Positions 52,407-61,635 of a stretch of DNA of 64,000 nucleotides are shown piece by piece. Where the stretch lies: contig USDK01000002.1 in assembly GCA_900553355.1 (NCBI GenBank), positions 3,500-67,499 of the forward strand. The letters run 5' to 3'. Each line of letters starts with the position of its first letter. Position 1 is the stretch's first letter. The notes below the pieces were generated by a model. That model ran no database searches. It was not told the origin of the DNA and worked only from the letters and a program-made list of their open reading frames with translations. The DNA is from an uncultured Lachnospiraceae bacterium. Its GTDB lineage: Bacteria; Bacillota; Clostridia; Lachnospirales; Lachnospiraceae. Made by a program: the position numbers and the translations under genes.

Positions 52407-53678
52407 TCAGATTTCGTCGCTTGGCTCTGTCTCGTAGACAATGCCTTCCTTCATGACGAATGCACAGTCCAGGAGTGCAAGATTGTCGGTCATGAGATCC
52501 CGTTTCCAGGCGGCGATGTCTGCAAATTTTCCGGGCTCCAGGGTGCCGGTCTTGTCGGCGATGCCAAGAATCTCGGAATTGGTCTTTGTGGCAGCTTTCA
52601 GTGTGCGGAAGGCACCCATGCCGCTGCGCATCCATGCGTCGTATTCCCAGCCGCTGTCGTAGTTCTGGTGGTTGGCTACAAAGTCGGTGCCGTATCCGAG
52701 GATGATATTGCTCTTGCGGATCTCTTCGCGTCCGGCGATGAGAGCGTCTTTGTAATATTCCAGTTTTGCACGGAATTCTGGCTGTTTCAGTGCAATTTTT
52801 TCTGCGTCATAGTGTACGGCTTCGTCATATGGACAGAAGGTCGGGACAAGATAGGTCCCTGTTTCTTCGAACATCTGGGCGGTCTCCTGATCCATCAGCG
52901 CGCCGTGCTCCATGCCGTCGATATGATTCTGGATCAGAGACTGCATCTGTCCCGGGGCATAGACGTGTGCCGTGACGGTGGTCCCAAGTTCATGAGCAGT
53001 ACGGATGATAGCCTCTGTTTCTTCATCATTCAGCTGTTTCTGCAGCGGGCTGTCATTGGGAGTGAAGAATCCGCCGGTGGCCATGATCTTGATAAAGTCT
53101 GTGCCGTATTTCACCTCTTCGCGGACAGCATTGACAAAGAAATCTTTTCCGCTTCCCAGCGTGCTTCTCTCTTTCTGAAGCAGACGGGCGGCGTCCGGAT
53201 ATCCGGCAAATTCCTGGGTCAGATCTCCGTGGCTTCCCGGGGAGCAGAGGAATTTGGCGCCAGCCACGATCCTTGCTCCGGTGATATATCCCTTTTCAAT
53301 GGCATCGCGGACGGCAAAGACGCCGTATCCGTTGCTGGTAATGCCGCCCATGTGACGAACGGTAGTGAAGCCTCTTTTCAGAGCCTTGTTCGCGCTGCGG
53401 ATGATGGAGATGGTCTTCATTTCCTCAGAATTGTGATAGGCTTCCTGGCGTACCGTATGCCAGTCGAAATAGTCCATATGCATATGGGCATCGATCATAC
53501 CAGGGGTAACGGTGGCATCGGAGAGGTCAATGACTTCTGCTGTCTCCGGGCATTTGAGGTTCGGGCCGGTTTCGGCAATGTATTTTCCTTTTACCAGGAT
53601 CTTCCAATCGGTTTTCAATTCGTCTTCGATCCCATCATAATATTTCCCACAGATGATGTAGGTAAGTTTTTCACTCAT
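52407..53678 (-). CDS. Metal-dependent amidohydrolase (Xaa-Pro dipeptidase/M38-like)
   Basis: PGMIDAHMH, KIMATGG, AH, EHG, GTD, GTLEPGKFAD. Confidence 0.9.
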   Translation of the reverse strand: MSEKLTYIICGKYYDGIEDELKTDWKILVKGKYIAETGPNLKCPETAEVIDLSDATVTPGMIDAHMHMDYFDWHTVRQEAYHNSEEMKTISIIRSANKALKRGFTTVRHMGGITSNGYGVFAVRDAIEKGYITGARIVAGAKFLCSPGSHGDLTQEFAGYPDAARLLQKERSTLGSGKDFFVNAVREEVKYGTDFIKIMATGGFFTPNDSPLQKQLNDEETEAIIRTAHELGTTVTAHVYAPGQMQSLIQNHIDGMEHGALMDQETAQMFEETGTYLVPTFCPYDEAVHYDAEKIALKQPEFRAKLEYYKDALIAGREEIRKSNIILGYGTDFVANHQNYDSGWEYDAWMRSGMGAFRTLKAATKTNSEILGIADKTGTLEPGKFADIAAWKRDLMTDNLALLDCAFVMKEGIVYETEPSDEI

Positions 53679-53717
53679 AGAAACACGTCCTTTCTTATTG
53701 GCGGCAGAAGCCGCCGT

Positions 53718-55115
53718 TTATTTTGCCTCCTTTGGCTGGGTACACAAGGAGACGATGATCAAAACAACGACTGCTACCGGGACAGCTACGAGAACTGTTC
53801 CAACCTGAGCCGACATGCCGCTGGCCTCCCAGATAATGGTGAGAGCCGTGCCCACAACCATGGAGCTTAAGCCGCCTGCCTTGGTGACTTTAGGCCATAC
53901 AAGAGCCGCCAGGACTGCCGGTGTGATGCCGGCACCGTAAATGGTGTAGGACCAGTACTGGATAGCCAGTACAGACGGGAAGAACTGTAAGATGATGTAG
54001 CCGGCGATACCAAGGATCAGGATCCACCATTTCGTCATCTTGAATTTCTGTCTGTCAGATGCATCAGGATTGATCTTTTTTGCATAAATATCGTAAGTAA
54101 TGTTCGTAGCACCGGATAACAGATAGGAGTCTCCGGTAGTGATAATAAAGGCGGTAGCTGCTGCCAGAAGTATTCCGCCTACGACTGTAGGAAGTACGGT
54201 CGTGGTAGACATAAATGCCATTCCGGCCTCAATGTTAGTACCGAAGATCGATCTGGCGCAGAATGCGATCACACCAACCAGAGGGATGACTACGATGACG
54301 CCGACCAGCCATCCGATCATTCCGGTTTTCACTGATTTGCTGCTGTTTCCGGCTGCGATACGCTGATACATGTTCTGATCGCCCATGGTCAGGAAGAACA
54401 GTGGGAAGTAAGAAGCCAGGAACTGATACCAGTTCATGCCGCCGGAAAAGCTCAGCTGTGTTGCCGTAGAGTTCGCTACAACCGTGTCCCAGCCTCCTGC
54501 GACATGGAGCACGAAGGGAGTTGCCAGAAGGATTCCGAAAAACATCAGGAATGCGCTGGCGGCGTCAGACAGAGCAACGGATTTCAGCCCTCCGGAGAAA
54601 GCCAGGAATATGATCAGTACGGCTGCGATGATCGTGGCGATGTTGACATCCATACCAGTGGTTACATTCAGTACATATGCCAGACCTCTGTACTGATAAG
54701 CACAGATGGATGACATGGACAAGGCAATGATGATACCGGATACGATCCGCGCCGTAGAACCATATTTTTCTTCCAGAAGCTGGGCTACGGTATAGGAACC
54801 GCTTTCGCGGATTTTTTTTGACAGTGAAAACAGGACAACAATACCAAGAACGGCCGGAACGCCGAAGAAAATTCCGGGCCAGATTCCATATGTATAGGCC
54901 AGAGAGTTTCCGCCTCCGGAGATGGTGCCGTTTCCGGTGAATGTGGCCAGGAAAGTACCCATCAGTACGATGGGACCTAAGGATTTCCCTGCAAGGACAA
55001 AGTCATCGCTGCTCTTGCTGGCCTGTTTGGATGTATAAATACCAATAAAAATCAGGGCTACAAAATAGATGGCCACAAATATTAATAGTATAGGTCTTGC
55101 GGTTAATTCCTGCAT
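53718..55115 (-). CDS. Sodium:solute symporter family protein
   Basis: DFVLAGKSL, GGLKSVALSD, DQNMYQRI; multi-TM; start at 55115 or 55127. Confidence 0.9.
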   Translation of the reverse strand: MQELTARPILLIFVAIYFVALIFIGIYTSKQASKSSDDFVLAGKSLGPIVLMGTFLATFTGNGTISGGGNSLAYTYGIWPGIFFGVPAVLGIVVLFSLSKKIRESGSYTVAQLLEEKYGSTARIVSGIIIALSMSSICAYQYRGLAYVLNVTTGMDVNIATIIAAVLIIFLAFSGGLKSVALSDAASAFLMFFGILLATPFVLHVAGGWDTVVANSTATQLSFSGGMNWYQFLASYFPLFFLTMGDQNMYQRIAAGNSSKSVKTGMIGWLVGVIVVIPLVGVIAFCARSIFGTNIEAGMAFMSTTTVLPTVVGGILLAAATAFIITTGDSYLLSGATNITYDIYAKKINPDASDRQKFKMTKWWILILGIAGYIILQFFPSVLAIQYWSYTIYGAGITPAVLAALVWPKVTKAGGLSSMVVGTALTIIWEASGMSAQVGTVLVAVPVAVVVLIIVSLCTQPKEAK

Positions 55116-55343
55116 AATATCCCCCATTTCTCTTTTTTAGCTTTTTGATTTCGGGTAAAAAAAAGAGCGAAGAAATATCTCTCGTACTTCTTCGCACATT
55201 GTAAAAATCATATTAAATTTCGAAAGCTTTCTTTAATTTTTACAGAAAAAAGTATAAAATAGACCATATTCCAAATCAATGTGCAAATCATACATATAAA
55301 ATCTGAAAAATTTATATGTATTTCATAAGAGAGGAGGAGGATC

Positions 55344-56576
55344 GTGGAAAGAAAAAGAAAATACAATAACAGGATCCAGGAGGTATATTTCAGAATCGGA
55401 AGGCTTCTTCTGGACAACAGAAGTGTTGCCGATCTTTTGAAGGAAGGCGAAGATTTACTGGGAAATCCGATCGTACTGTGTGATATCTCTACGAGAATGT
55501 TCGGAGTCTCATCGAGAGAGTCGGTGGAGCGTCTGAAAGATGAACTGCTGGACAGCATATTGGAACATGGTTTTGTCACAGCCGATCTTTATGAAAAATA
55601 TGATTATGAGCATTTTCTGCCGATGCTTACAACATTAGAATATTCCCGGCTGATCCGGAATGATTATGAAAAGAAGAGGGATCGTATCGTAGGAAGGGTG
55701 CTGTTCCGGGGGAAATACTGGGGGTGGATCATCGTGGCAGAAGGAGACACCCCATTGAAAGAAGAGGATACTCAGATTGCGGACATCTTGTCTCAGGCGA
55801 TCACACTGATTCTGGAGAGGAAAAATGCAGTTCCCTCTAATGTGAATAATGAGGATATCCTGCTGGAACTCTTGGCGGATACCTATGCTTCGGAAGAAGA
55901 GTTTGCCGACAGAGTGAGAGCGCTGGACTTTACGCTGGAAGGGGTGTGGAGCGTGGTGGCGGTCTGTGACAGCAGCGGATCTTCGACGGCATCGCTTCAG
56001 GCATACAGAAATCAACTGGCGGCGGTCCTGACGTCTGTCAGTATGACGGTATATCAAGATACGTTGATGCTGCTGATCAATGAAAATGAAAAGAAATTTG
56101 CGAGAAATGCATTAAAGACCATGATTAAGACCAACCACCTTTTAGCCGCAGAAAGCCTTCCCTTTGAGAATATCCTGGAACTGTCAAAATATTTCCGGCA
56201 GTCCAGGGAACTTCTGGATATCGCATTGATTTTAAACAGAAAGGACCAGCTGGTCTTTTTTAAAGACTATGCACTTTATCACGTGGCATATCTGCTGGTA
56301 AAGGAAAAGACAGAAGCATGGTATATCCCGGAAGGACTCACAAAAGTGCTGGAGTATGATAAAGACTGTGATACCGAGTACTGCCGGTCTGTCCGGGAGT
56401 GGAGCTGGTGCCGCAATCTGGTAGAAGCAGCTGCAGCCCTGGGGATTCATCGGAATACCATGGTATACAGATATGAAAAATTTCAGGAACTTTCCGGAAT
56501 GGATCTGTCCGATGAAGAATGTGTCAGCCAGCTCGAACTGGCATTTCATATTCTTGAGATTAAAGAAGGAATGTGA
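55344..56576 (+). CDS. PucR/CdaR-family transcriptional activator
   Basis: C-terminal AAAALGIHRNTMVYR HTH; divergent from the symporter. Confidence 0.88.
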   Translation: MERKRKYNNRIQEVYFRIGRLLLDNRSVADLLKEGEDLLGNPIVLCDISTRMFGVSSRESVERLKDELLDSILEHGFVTADLYEKYDYEHFLPMLTTLEYSRLIRNDYEKKRDRIVGRVLFRGKYWGWIIVAEGDTPLKEEDTQIADILSQAITLILERKNAVPSNVNNEDILLELLADTYASEEEFADRVRALDFTLEGVWSVVAVCDSSGSSTASLQAYRNQLAAVLTSVSMTVYQDTLMLLINENEKKFARNALKTMIKTNHLLAAESLPFENILELSKYFRQSRELLDIALILNRKDQLVFFKDYALYHVAYLLVKEKTEAWYIPEGLTKVLEYDKDCDTEYCRSVREWSWCRNLVEAAAALGIHRNTMVYRYEKFQELSGMDLSDEECVSQLELAFHILEIKEGM

Positions 56577-56583
56577 ACGAAAT

Positions 56584-56630
56584 GTGAACGGGGACGTACA
56601 CTTTTGCAAAAAGTGTACGTCCCCGTTCGC
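56584..56630. repeat. REP-like palindrome, copy 2 (22-bp arms, GCA loop)
   Basis: GTGAACGGGGACGTACACTTTT-GCA-AAAAGTGTACGTCCCCGTTCGC. Confidence 0.9.
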
Positions 56631-56648
56631 TTACACTTGTATAAATAA

Positions 56649-57626
56649 TTATTCGTGCAGTACGCGGTGAATCAGATCGTGCCAGTTTTTCCAGGCGAAT
56701 TTTTCGATCTCTTCTTCGCTGAATCCGGCTTTGCGGATGGCGTTGATCAGATTCGGCACATGGGATGCATCTTCCAGGCCGATAGTGTAAGGAGTTGCCT
56801 GGCTGCTGAAGGAGCTTAAGGTTTCTCCTGTCAGGAATTCGGAGAAGTCAAAGCCAAAGCCTACATGATCAGTCCCCATGATCTCGACCATGTGGATCAG
56901 ATGTTTGACCAGGTTATCCACTGTCTGTTCGGATTCTACCGGATGTACAAATTCATTGAAAGAGTTTAATCCTACCATACCGCCGGTATCTGCCAGGGCT
57001 TTCAGCTGCTCGTCGGTCAGGTTGCGGGCCTGATCGCACAGAGCGCGGCAGTTGGAGTGGGTAGCAACGACCGGACCGGAGGCGATGTCCATCACATCCC
57101 AGAAAGATTTATCATTGATATGTGACATGTCCAGGATCATCCCCAGATCCTGGATCTTGTGCACAGCCTTTCTTCCAAGGTCCGTAAGTCCGCGGTCCGG
57201 ATTGCCTCGTGCGCCGGTGGCCAGAGGATTTTCTTCATTCCAGGTAAGACCGGCGTGGCGTGCGCCGAATTTGTAGAATTCATCGATCATATCCACATCT
57301 TCCCCAATGCTTTTTAACCCCTCAAGACCGATAAAGGCATACATTTTTCCGGCTTCCTTTGCCTCCATCATGTCCTTGTAGGAACGGCATACCTTCATAA
57401 TATCCGCACATTCCGGCTCTTCCTGGGTGATGGCGTCCATCATCTGGTGGGTACGTTTCAGAGGATCTTTATCATAAGGCGGATCATTCCAGATGACAAA
57501 GATTCCGCCCTCGATCTCTCCCTTTTTCAGCCGTTCATAGTGGTACTTGCGGAAGATGTCATGTTCACCGTTCAGATAATGATGAGTCACGTCTGTCCAG
57601 ATGTCACAATGAGCGTCAAAATTCAT
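56649..57626 (-). CDS. Membrane dipeptidase family (peptidase M19)
   Basis: DAHCD, LEG, LTWN..N, DMSH, THSN, RNL.D, GFDF. Confidence 0.92.
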   Translation of the reverse strand: MNFDAHCDIWTDVTHHYLNGEHDIFRKYHYERLKKGEIEGGIFVIWNDPPYDKDPLKRTHQMMDAITQEEPECADIMKVCRSYKDMMEAKEAGKMYAFIGLEGLKSIGEDVDMIDEFYKFGARHAGLTWNEENPLATGARGNPDRGLTDLGRKAVHKIQDLGMILDMSHINDKSFWDVMDIASGPVVATHSNCRALCDQARNLTDEQLKALADTGGMVGLNSFNEFVHPVESEQTVDNLVKHLIHMVEIMGTDHVGFGFDFSEFLTGETLSSFSSQATPYTIGLEDASHVPNLINAIRKAGFSEEEIEKFAWKNWHDLIHRVLHE

Positions 57627-57703
57627 AAGTCACTCCTCCTTTGTAAATTTAGTGTTAGAAAATACAGGGACGGTAAAACCGCCCCTGTAAATAGCGAAAT
57701 TTA

Positions 57704-58942
57704 TTATGCACCAAGGATACTTCCGATGATCAGTCCACAATATGTACCGATAACGTATCCGATGGTACCAACGATCAGACAAGGTCCAACCAGTTTGGTC
57801 CAGCCTTTGGATACTGCCATAGCAGCTGATGTGGTAGGTCCGCCGATGTTGGCATTGGACGCACACAGGATCTCTTCCAGGTCAAATTTGAAGAGTTTTC
57901 CAAGAACCAGACTGAACAGCATGTTTACGATAACAACGATTGCTGCAAAAACAAGGAGCAGCGGAGAATTCCGGACAATCAACGGAATCGATGCTGGAAC
58001 ACCGATTACAAAGAAGAACAAGTAAATGAGGAAAGTTCCCATCTCATTAGTCCCTCTGATCTCTCCGAAAAATCCAGGAGCTGCTGTTGCGCAGATCATG
58101 GAGATCGTAGCGATCCACAGGTACATATTACCAAACAGAGTATTCAGCATGGACAGAACAGCATTGGATGTCGGAATGATTCCAGCGAAGAAATCAGCTA
58201 CAACAGTAGAGACAGCAACGATTACAAATGCAACTGCAACTGCCATAGCGATATCCTTTAAGGAAATCTCTTTCCGTCCCCAGTAAGCAGCTGCTGCGGT
58301 TCCGCCATCAGAATCTTTATCGGCGGTACCAGCTTCTACGGCATCCTGATGCGGATGTTTGTAGTGCTTGCGGAAGAAGCCGATGCTGGGAATCATAACC
58401 AGTACAAAGAAGTACAGGGCCATCAGCAGGTTATCTGCAACGGTAGCGGCTGACAGCATCTCGCCGGTTACACCAAAAGCTTCTCCAAGGGCTGCAAAGT
58501 TAACGGATCCGCCGATATAGGTTCCGGTAAATACGCCGGCCAGCGCATCCAGTTCTGGAATGTAGTTCCCCAATAATACAAATCCAAGTACAGCGCCCAC
58601 CATGGTTCCAACCGAGCCGCATAGGAAAATCCCCAGCATTCGTAGTGAATCCTTTCCCATGTCTCTGACATTACACTGCATCAGCAGCAATGGAAGGGAA
58701 AGGGGTACGACATAGCTCCATACAGCATCCCATACAGGAGCGGATGTTGGAATGATGCCCAGGTTTGAGAGAATCAGTGCCAGTACCAGAGCAACAATGG
58801 CACCACTGGCTTTTGCCGCCCAGGTGTACTTTTGCTCCAGATAGATGGCAGCTGCAGCTCCTGCAGCGCAGACAGCCCAAAGCATCCAGGTGTTGTCCGC
58901 CCCGATCAGCGGATTCTCCAAGTTAAAAATTTCTCCCCACAT
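57704..58942 (-). CDS. DUF819-family membrane protein (putative transporter)
   Basis: GTYIGGSVNF, ADN, ASNANIGGPTTSAAMA; AAGGAGG RBS before ATG at 58942. Confidence 0.85.
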   Translation of the reverse strand: MWGEIFNLENPLIGADNTWMLWAVCAAGAAAAIYLEQKYTWAAKASGAIVALVLALILSNLGIIPTSAPVWDAVWSYVVPLSLPLLLMQCNVRDMGKDSLRMLGIFLCGSVGTMVGAVLGFVLLGNYIPELDALAGVFTGTYIGGSVNFAALGEAFGVTGEMLSAATVADNLLMALYFFVLVMIPSIGFFRKHYKHPHQDAVEAGTADKDSDGGTAAAAYWGRKEISLKDIAMAVAVAFVIVAVSTVVADFFAGIIPTSNAVLSMLNTLFGNMYLWIATISMICATAAPGFFGEIRGTNEMGTFLIYLFFFVIGVPASIPLIVRNSPLLLVFAAIVVIVNMLFSLVLGKLFKFDLEEILCASNANIGGPTTSAAMAVSKGWTKLVGPCLIVGTIGYVIGTYCGLIIGSILGA

Positions 58943-58985
58943 TTTCTCGTCCTCCTTTCGATGTGCAATTGTTGTAGAAAAATAT

Positions 58986-59048
58986 GAGAGATTCAATTGT
59001 TTTAATTGAATCTCTCTATATTATAGTTATTTTGACGAAAAAAGTCAA
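58986..59048 (-). promoter_or_regulatory. Sigma-A promoter with a 13-bp-arm palindrome at the start site
   Basis: TTGACT (59048-59043), 17 bp, TATAAT (59025-59020); GAGAGATTCAATT-N5-AATTGAATCTCTC at 58986-59016. Confidence 0.75.
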
Positions 59049-59114
59049 TATATACATTCAAAAGTGTACAAAATGTAAAAAGCGTAAAATAAAATTCTGA
59101 AAATTGAAGTGGCT

Positions 59115-60485
59115 TTAGAATTTCTGGAGAGCTTCCACCAATTCCGGGAACCACATTCCATGAGAAGCCTTTACTAAGATATTGTCGCCCTCATGAATGA
59201 TATCCTTCATTTCCTCAAGGAAATCAGCCTTACTCTCAAACCAGTGGGTTTCCACAGAATGACCTTCGGCAGCGCCATCGACCAGATGCTTTGCCAGATC
59301 ACCGATTCCACAGACTACATCGATGCCTTTTTCGGCACAGTATGCGCCGATCTCCCGGTGAAGTTCACATTCGTTATCCCCCAGCTCGCCCATGTTTCCA
59401 AGGACAGCGACTTTGCGGCCGATGGCCATATCCAGGACGTCGATAGCAGCCCTTGTAGAGATCGGGTTGGCATTATAGCAGTCGTCCAGGATCATCAGAT
59501 GGTCAGTCTGGATGATGTGATTACGGCCCGGCATGGAAGGAAGTCCCTCAATGCCGGCTTTGATCTCTTCCGGGGTAAGACCCAGCGTATATCCGACAGA
59601 TGCTCCGGCCAGAGCATTGGAGATCATGTGTGCGCCTGGGAGCGGTACGACGCAGGAGAAGCTGGAACCATCCGGCAGGTGGATGGTACAGGAAGTGCCG
59701 CGCAGGCCTAATGGACGGATGTCGTCAGCACGGAACTGGCTGTTGCTTCCAGTGCCGAAGAAGACAGGTTCCACTCCTTTGACAGGACCCATCTGGGAAA
59801 GAAGATCATCGTCCCCGTTTAAAATGATAGATCCGCCTGGCTTCATATCCTGGATCATCTGGGATTTTTCCTGAAGGATTCCCTCTCTGGTCTTGAAAAA
59901 TTCCAGATGGGCAACGCCGATGTTTGTGATCACACAGATATCCGGGCTGGCAACGGAGGAGAGTCTGCGCATCTCGCCAAAATGATTGACACCCATTTCC
60001 AGGACGGCAATCTGATGTTCACTGTTCAGCTGGAAAATGGTAAGGGGAAGGCCCCACTCATTGTTAAAATTCCCCAGGGTTTTGTGTACATTGTATTTTT
60101 GCGACAGTACGGAAGCAATCATTTCTTTTGTGCTGGTTTTTCCAACGCTTCCGGTGATGCCTACCACCTTGAGGTCAAAAGAATCCCGGTAAAGCTTGGC
60201 GATGTCCAGGAGAGCCTGGCCGGTAGATTCCACCAGAATGTAGGGGAAATCTGTCTCGCCAAGATCCTCATGGGAAACGACGCAGAGAGCGCCTTTTTCA
60301 ATGGTATCCGGGATAAACTGGTGTGCATTGAATTTTTCTCCGTCTATAGCAACAAAAAGATTTCCTTTTTCCACCTTCCGGCTGTCGATCACAACGCCGG
60401 TAACCTCAAGGCCCAGCTTTGTGGTGTCCCCGTGATAGGTACCCCGACAGGCATTTGTAATGTTTTCCAGAGTAAGGTTTTTCAT
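59115..60485 (-). CDS. murF: UDP-MurNAc-tripeptide--D-Ala-D-Ala ligase
   Basis: DSR, ITGSVGKTSTK, NN..GLP, EMG, DCYNANP, KAS. Confidence 0.95.
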   Translation of the reverse strand: MKNLTLENITNACRGTYHGDTTKLGLEVTGVVIDSRKVEKGNLFVAIDGEKFNAHQFIPDTIEKGALCVVSHEDLGETDFPYILVESTGQALLDIAKLYRDSFDLKVVGITGSVGKTSTKEMIASVLSQKYNVHKTLGNFNNEWGLPLTIFQLNSEHQIAVLEMGVNHFGEMRRLSSVASPDICVITNIGVAHLEFFKTREGILQEKSQMIQDMKPGGSIILNGDDDLLSQMGPVKGVEPVFFGTGSNSQFRADDIRPLGLRGTSCTIHLPDGSSFSCVVPLPGAHMISNALAGASVGYTLGLTPEEIKAGIEGLPSMPGRNHIIQTDHLMILDDCYNANPISTRAAIDVLDMAIGRKVAVLGNMGELGDNECELHREIGAYCAEKGIDVVCGIGDLAKHLVDGAAEGHSVETHWFESKADFLEEMKDIIHEGDNILVKASHGMWFPELVEALQKF

Positions 60486-60501
60486 GATACTTGATCCTTT
60501 C

Positions 60502-61572
60502 CTAATTCGAATAACGTGTTTTGATTGATTCTTCAATAATAAGTTCGCAGAGAGCTCCGTAGTCCATTCCTTCTGCCTTTGCCGCCTTGGGGATCAGACT
60601 GGAAGGCGTCATACCCGGCAGACCGTTCATCTCCAGACAATAAAACTTTCCGTCGGTCTCATCTACGATGAAGTCGGCCCGTGCATAGACATCCATACGG
60701 AGAGCCTCAAAGGCTTTTTCGCCGGCACGGCGGATCCTGCGCTGCGTTTTTTCGTCCAGAGATCTGGGCGGACACAACTCTTCGGCTCCACCGTTCTGAT
60801 ATTTATTTTCATAGTTAAAGACCCCGTTCTTTGGAATGATCTCTACCAGAGGGAGAGCCCTTCCGCCTACAATGCTGCAGGCATATTCCCGGCCTTTGAT
60901 GTAAGGCTCGATCACAACCTCGTCCTGGTGGTCCACATCAAAGGAACGGCGTACAGCCTCTTGGTATTCCTCTTCGGTGTGAACGATATAGACACCGATG
61001 CTGGAGCCGCTGGAGCAGGGCTTGATCACCAGAGGAAGGTAGTATCCGAGTTCATCAAGAGGTGTATCCTTGGTCTTCTGAGTCAGTGATGTGCCGCGGG
61101 GCGTTGGCACCCGGGACATCTTGAAGATCTGCTTTGCCACCAGTTTGTTCATGGATAGAGAACACCCAAGGGAGTTGGGGCCGGTATAGCGGATGCCCAG
61201 AATATCAAAGGTGGCCTGGATCTTTCCGTTTTCTCCTACAGAACCGTGGAGGGCGATAAAGGTAATGTCTGCCATGCGGCAAAGCTCCACCACATTTGGT
61301 CCAAAGTAACATTCCGACTGATCCGGGCGGGAGTTTTTGAGAGCCTCCAGATCCGGAGTCGTCGTCTTAATGCCATCGGCAATCTCAAGACCTGCACCGG
61401 GCAGGTCAAATACTTCATCTAGTTTTTCGGAATCATAAGGAAGCCCGAAAAAGACGTCAAGCAGAAAGGCTTTATGTCCTCTTTCGCGCAGGGTTTTGCA
61501 GATGCTGGCTCCGGAAGTCAGAGATACGTCCCTTTCCGGGCTTAAGCCTCCTGCCAGTACAATGATTTTCAT
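60502..61572 (-). CDS. ddl: D-alanine--D-alanine ligase
   Basis: GGLSPERDVS, LHG..GENG, GSSIG, YENKY, EMN.LPGMT. Confidence 0.93.
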   Translation of the reverse strand: MKIIVLAGGLSPERDVSLTSGASICKTLRERGHKAFLLDVFFGLPYDSEKLDEVFDLPGAGLEIADGIKTTTPDLEALKNSRPDQSECYFGPNVVELCRMADITFIALHGSVGENGKIQATFDILGIRYTGPNSLGCSLSMNKLVAKQIFKMSRVPTPRGTSLTQKTKDTPLDELGYYLPLVIKPCSSGSSIGVYIVHTEEEYQEAVRRSFDVDHQDEVVIEPYIKGREYACSIVGGRALPLVEIIPKNGVFNYENKYQNGGAEELCPPRSLDEKTQRRIRRAGEKAFEALRMDVYARADFIVDETDGKFYCLEMNGLPGMTPSSLIPKAAKAEGMDYGALCELIIEESIKTRYSN

Positions 61573-61635
61573 GGGAATAGTCTCCTTTATGTGTTGTTTT
61601 CTTTTATTTATGCGGTCTGAAAAAATCTGTGTCTG

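Noticed and set aside
52392..53870. 492-aa plus-strand ORF
   Set aside because: Antisense to the well-supported amidohydrolase; no RBS or motifs; expected from codon bias
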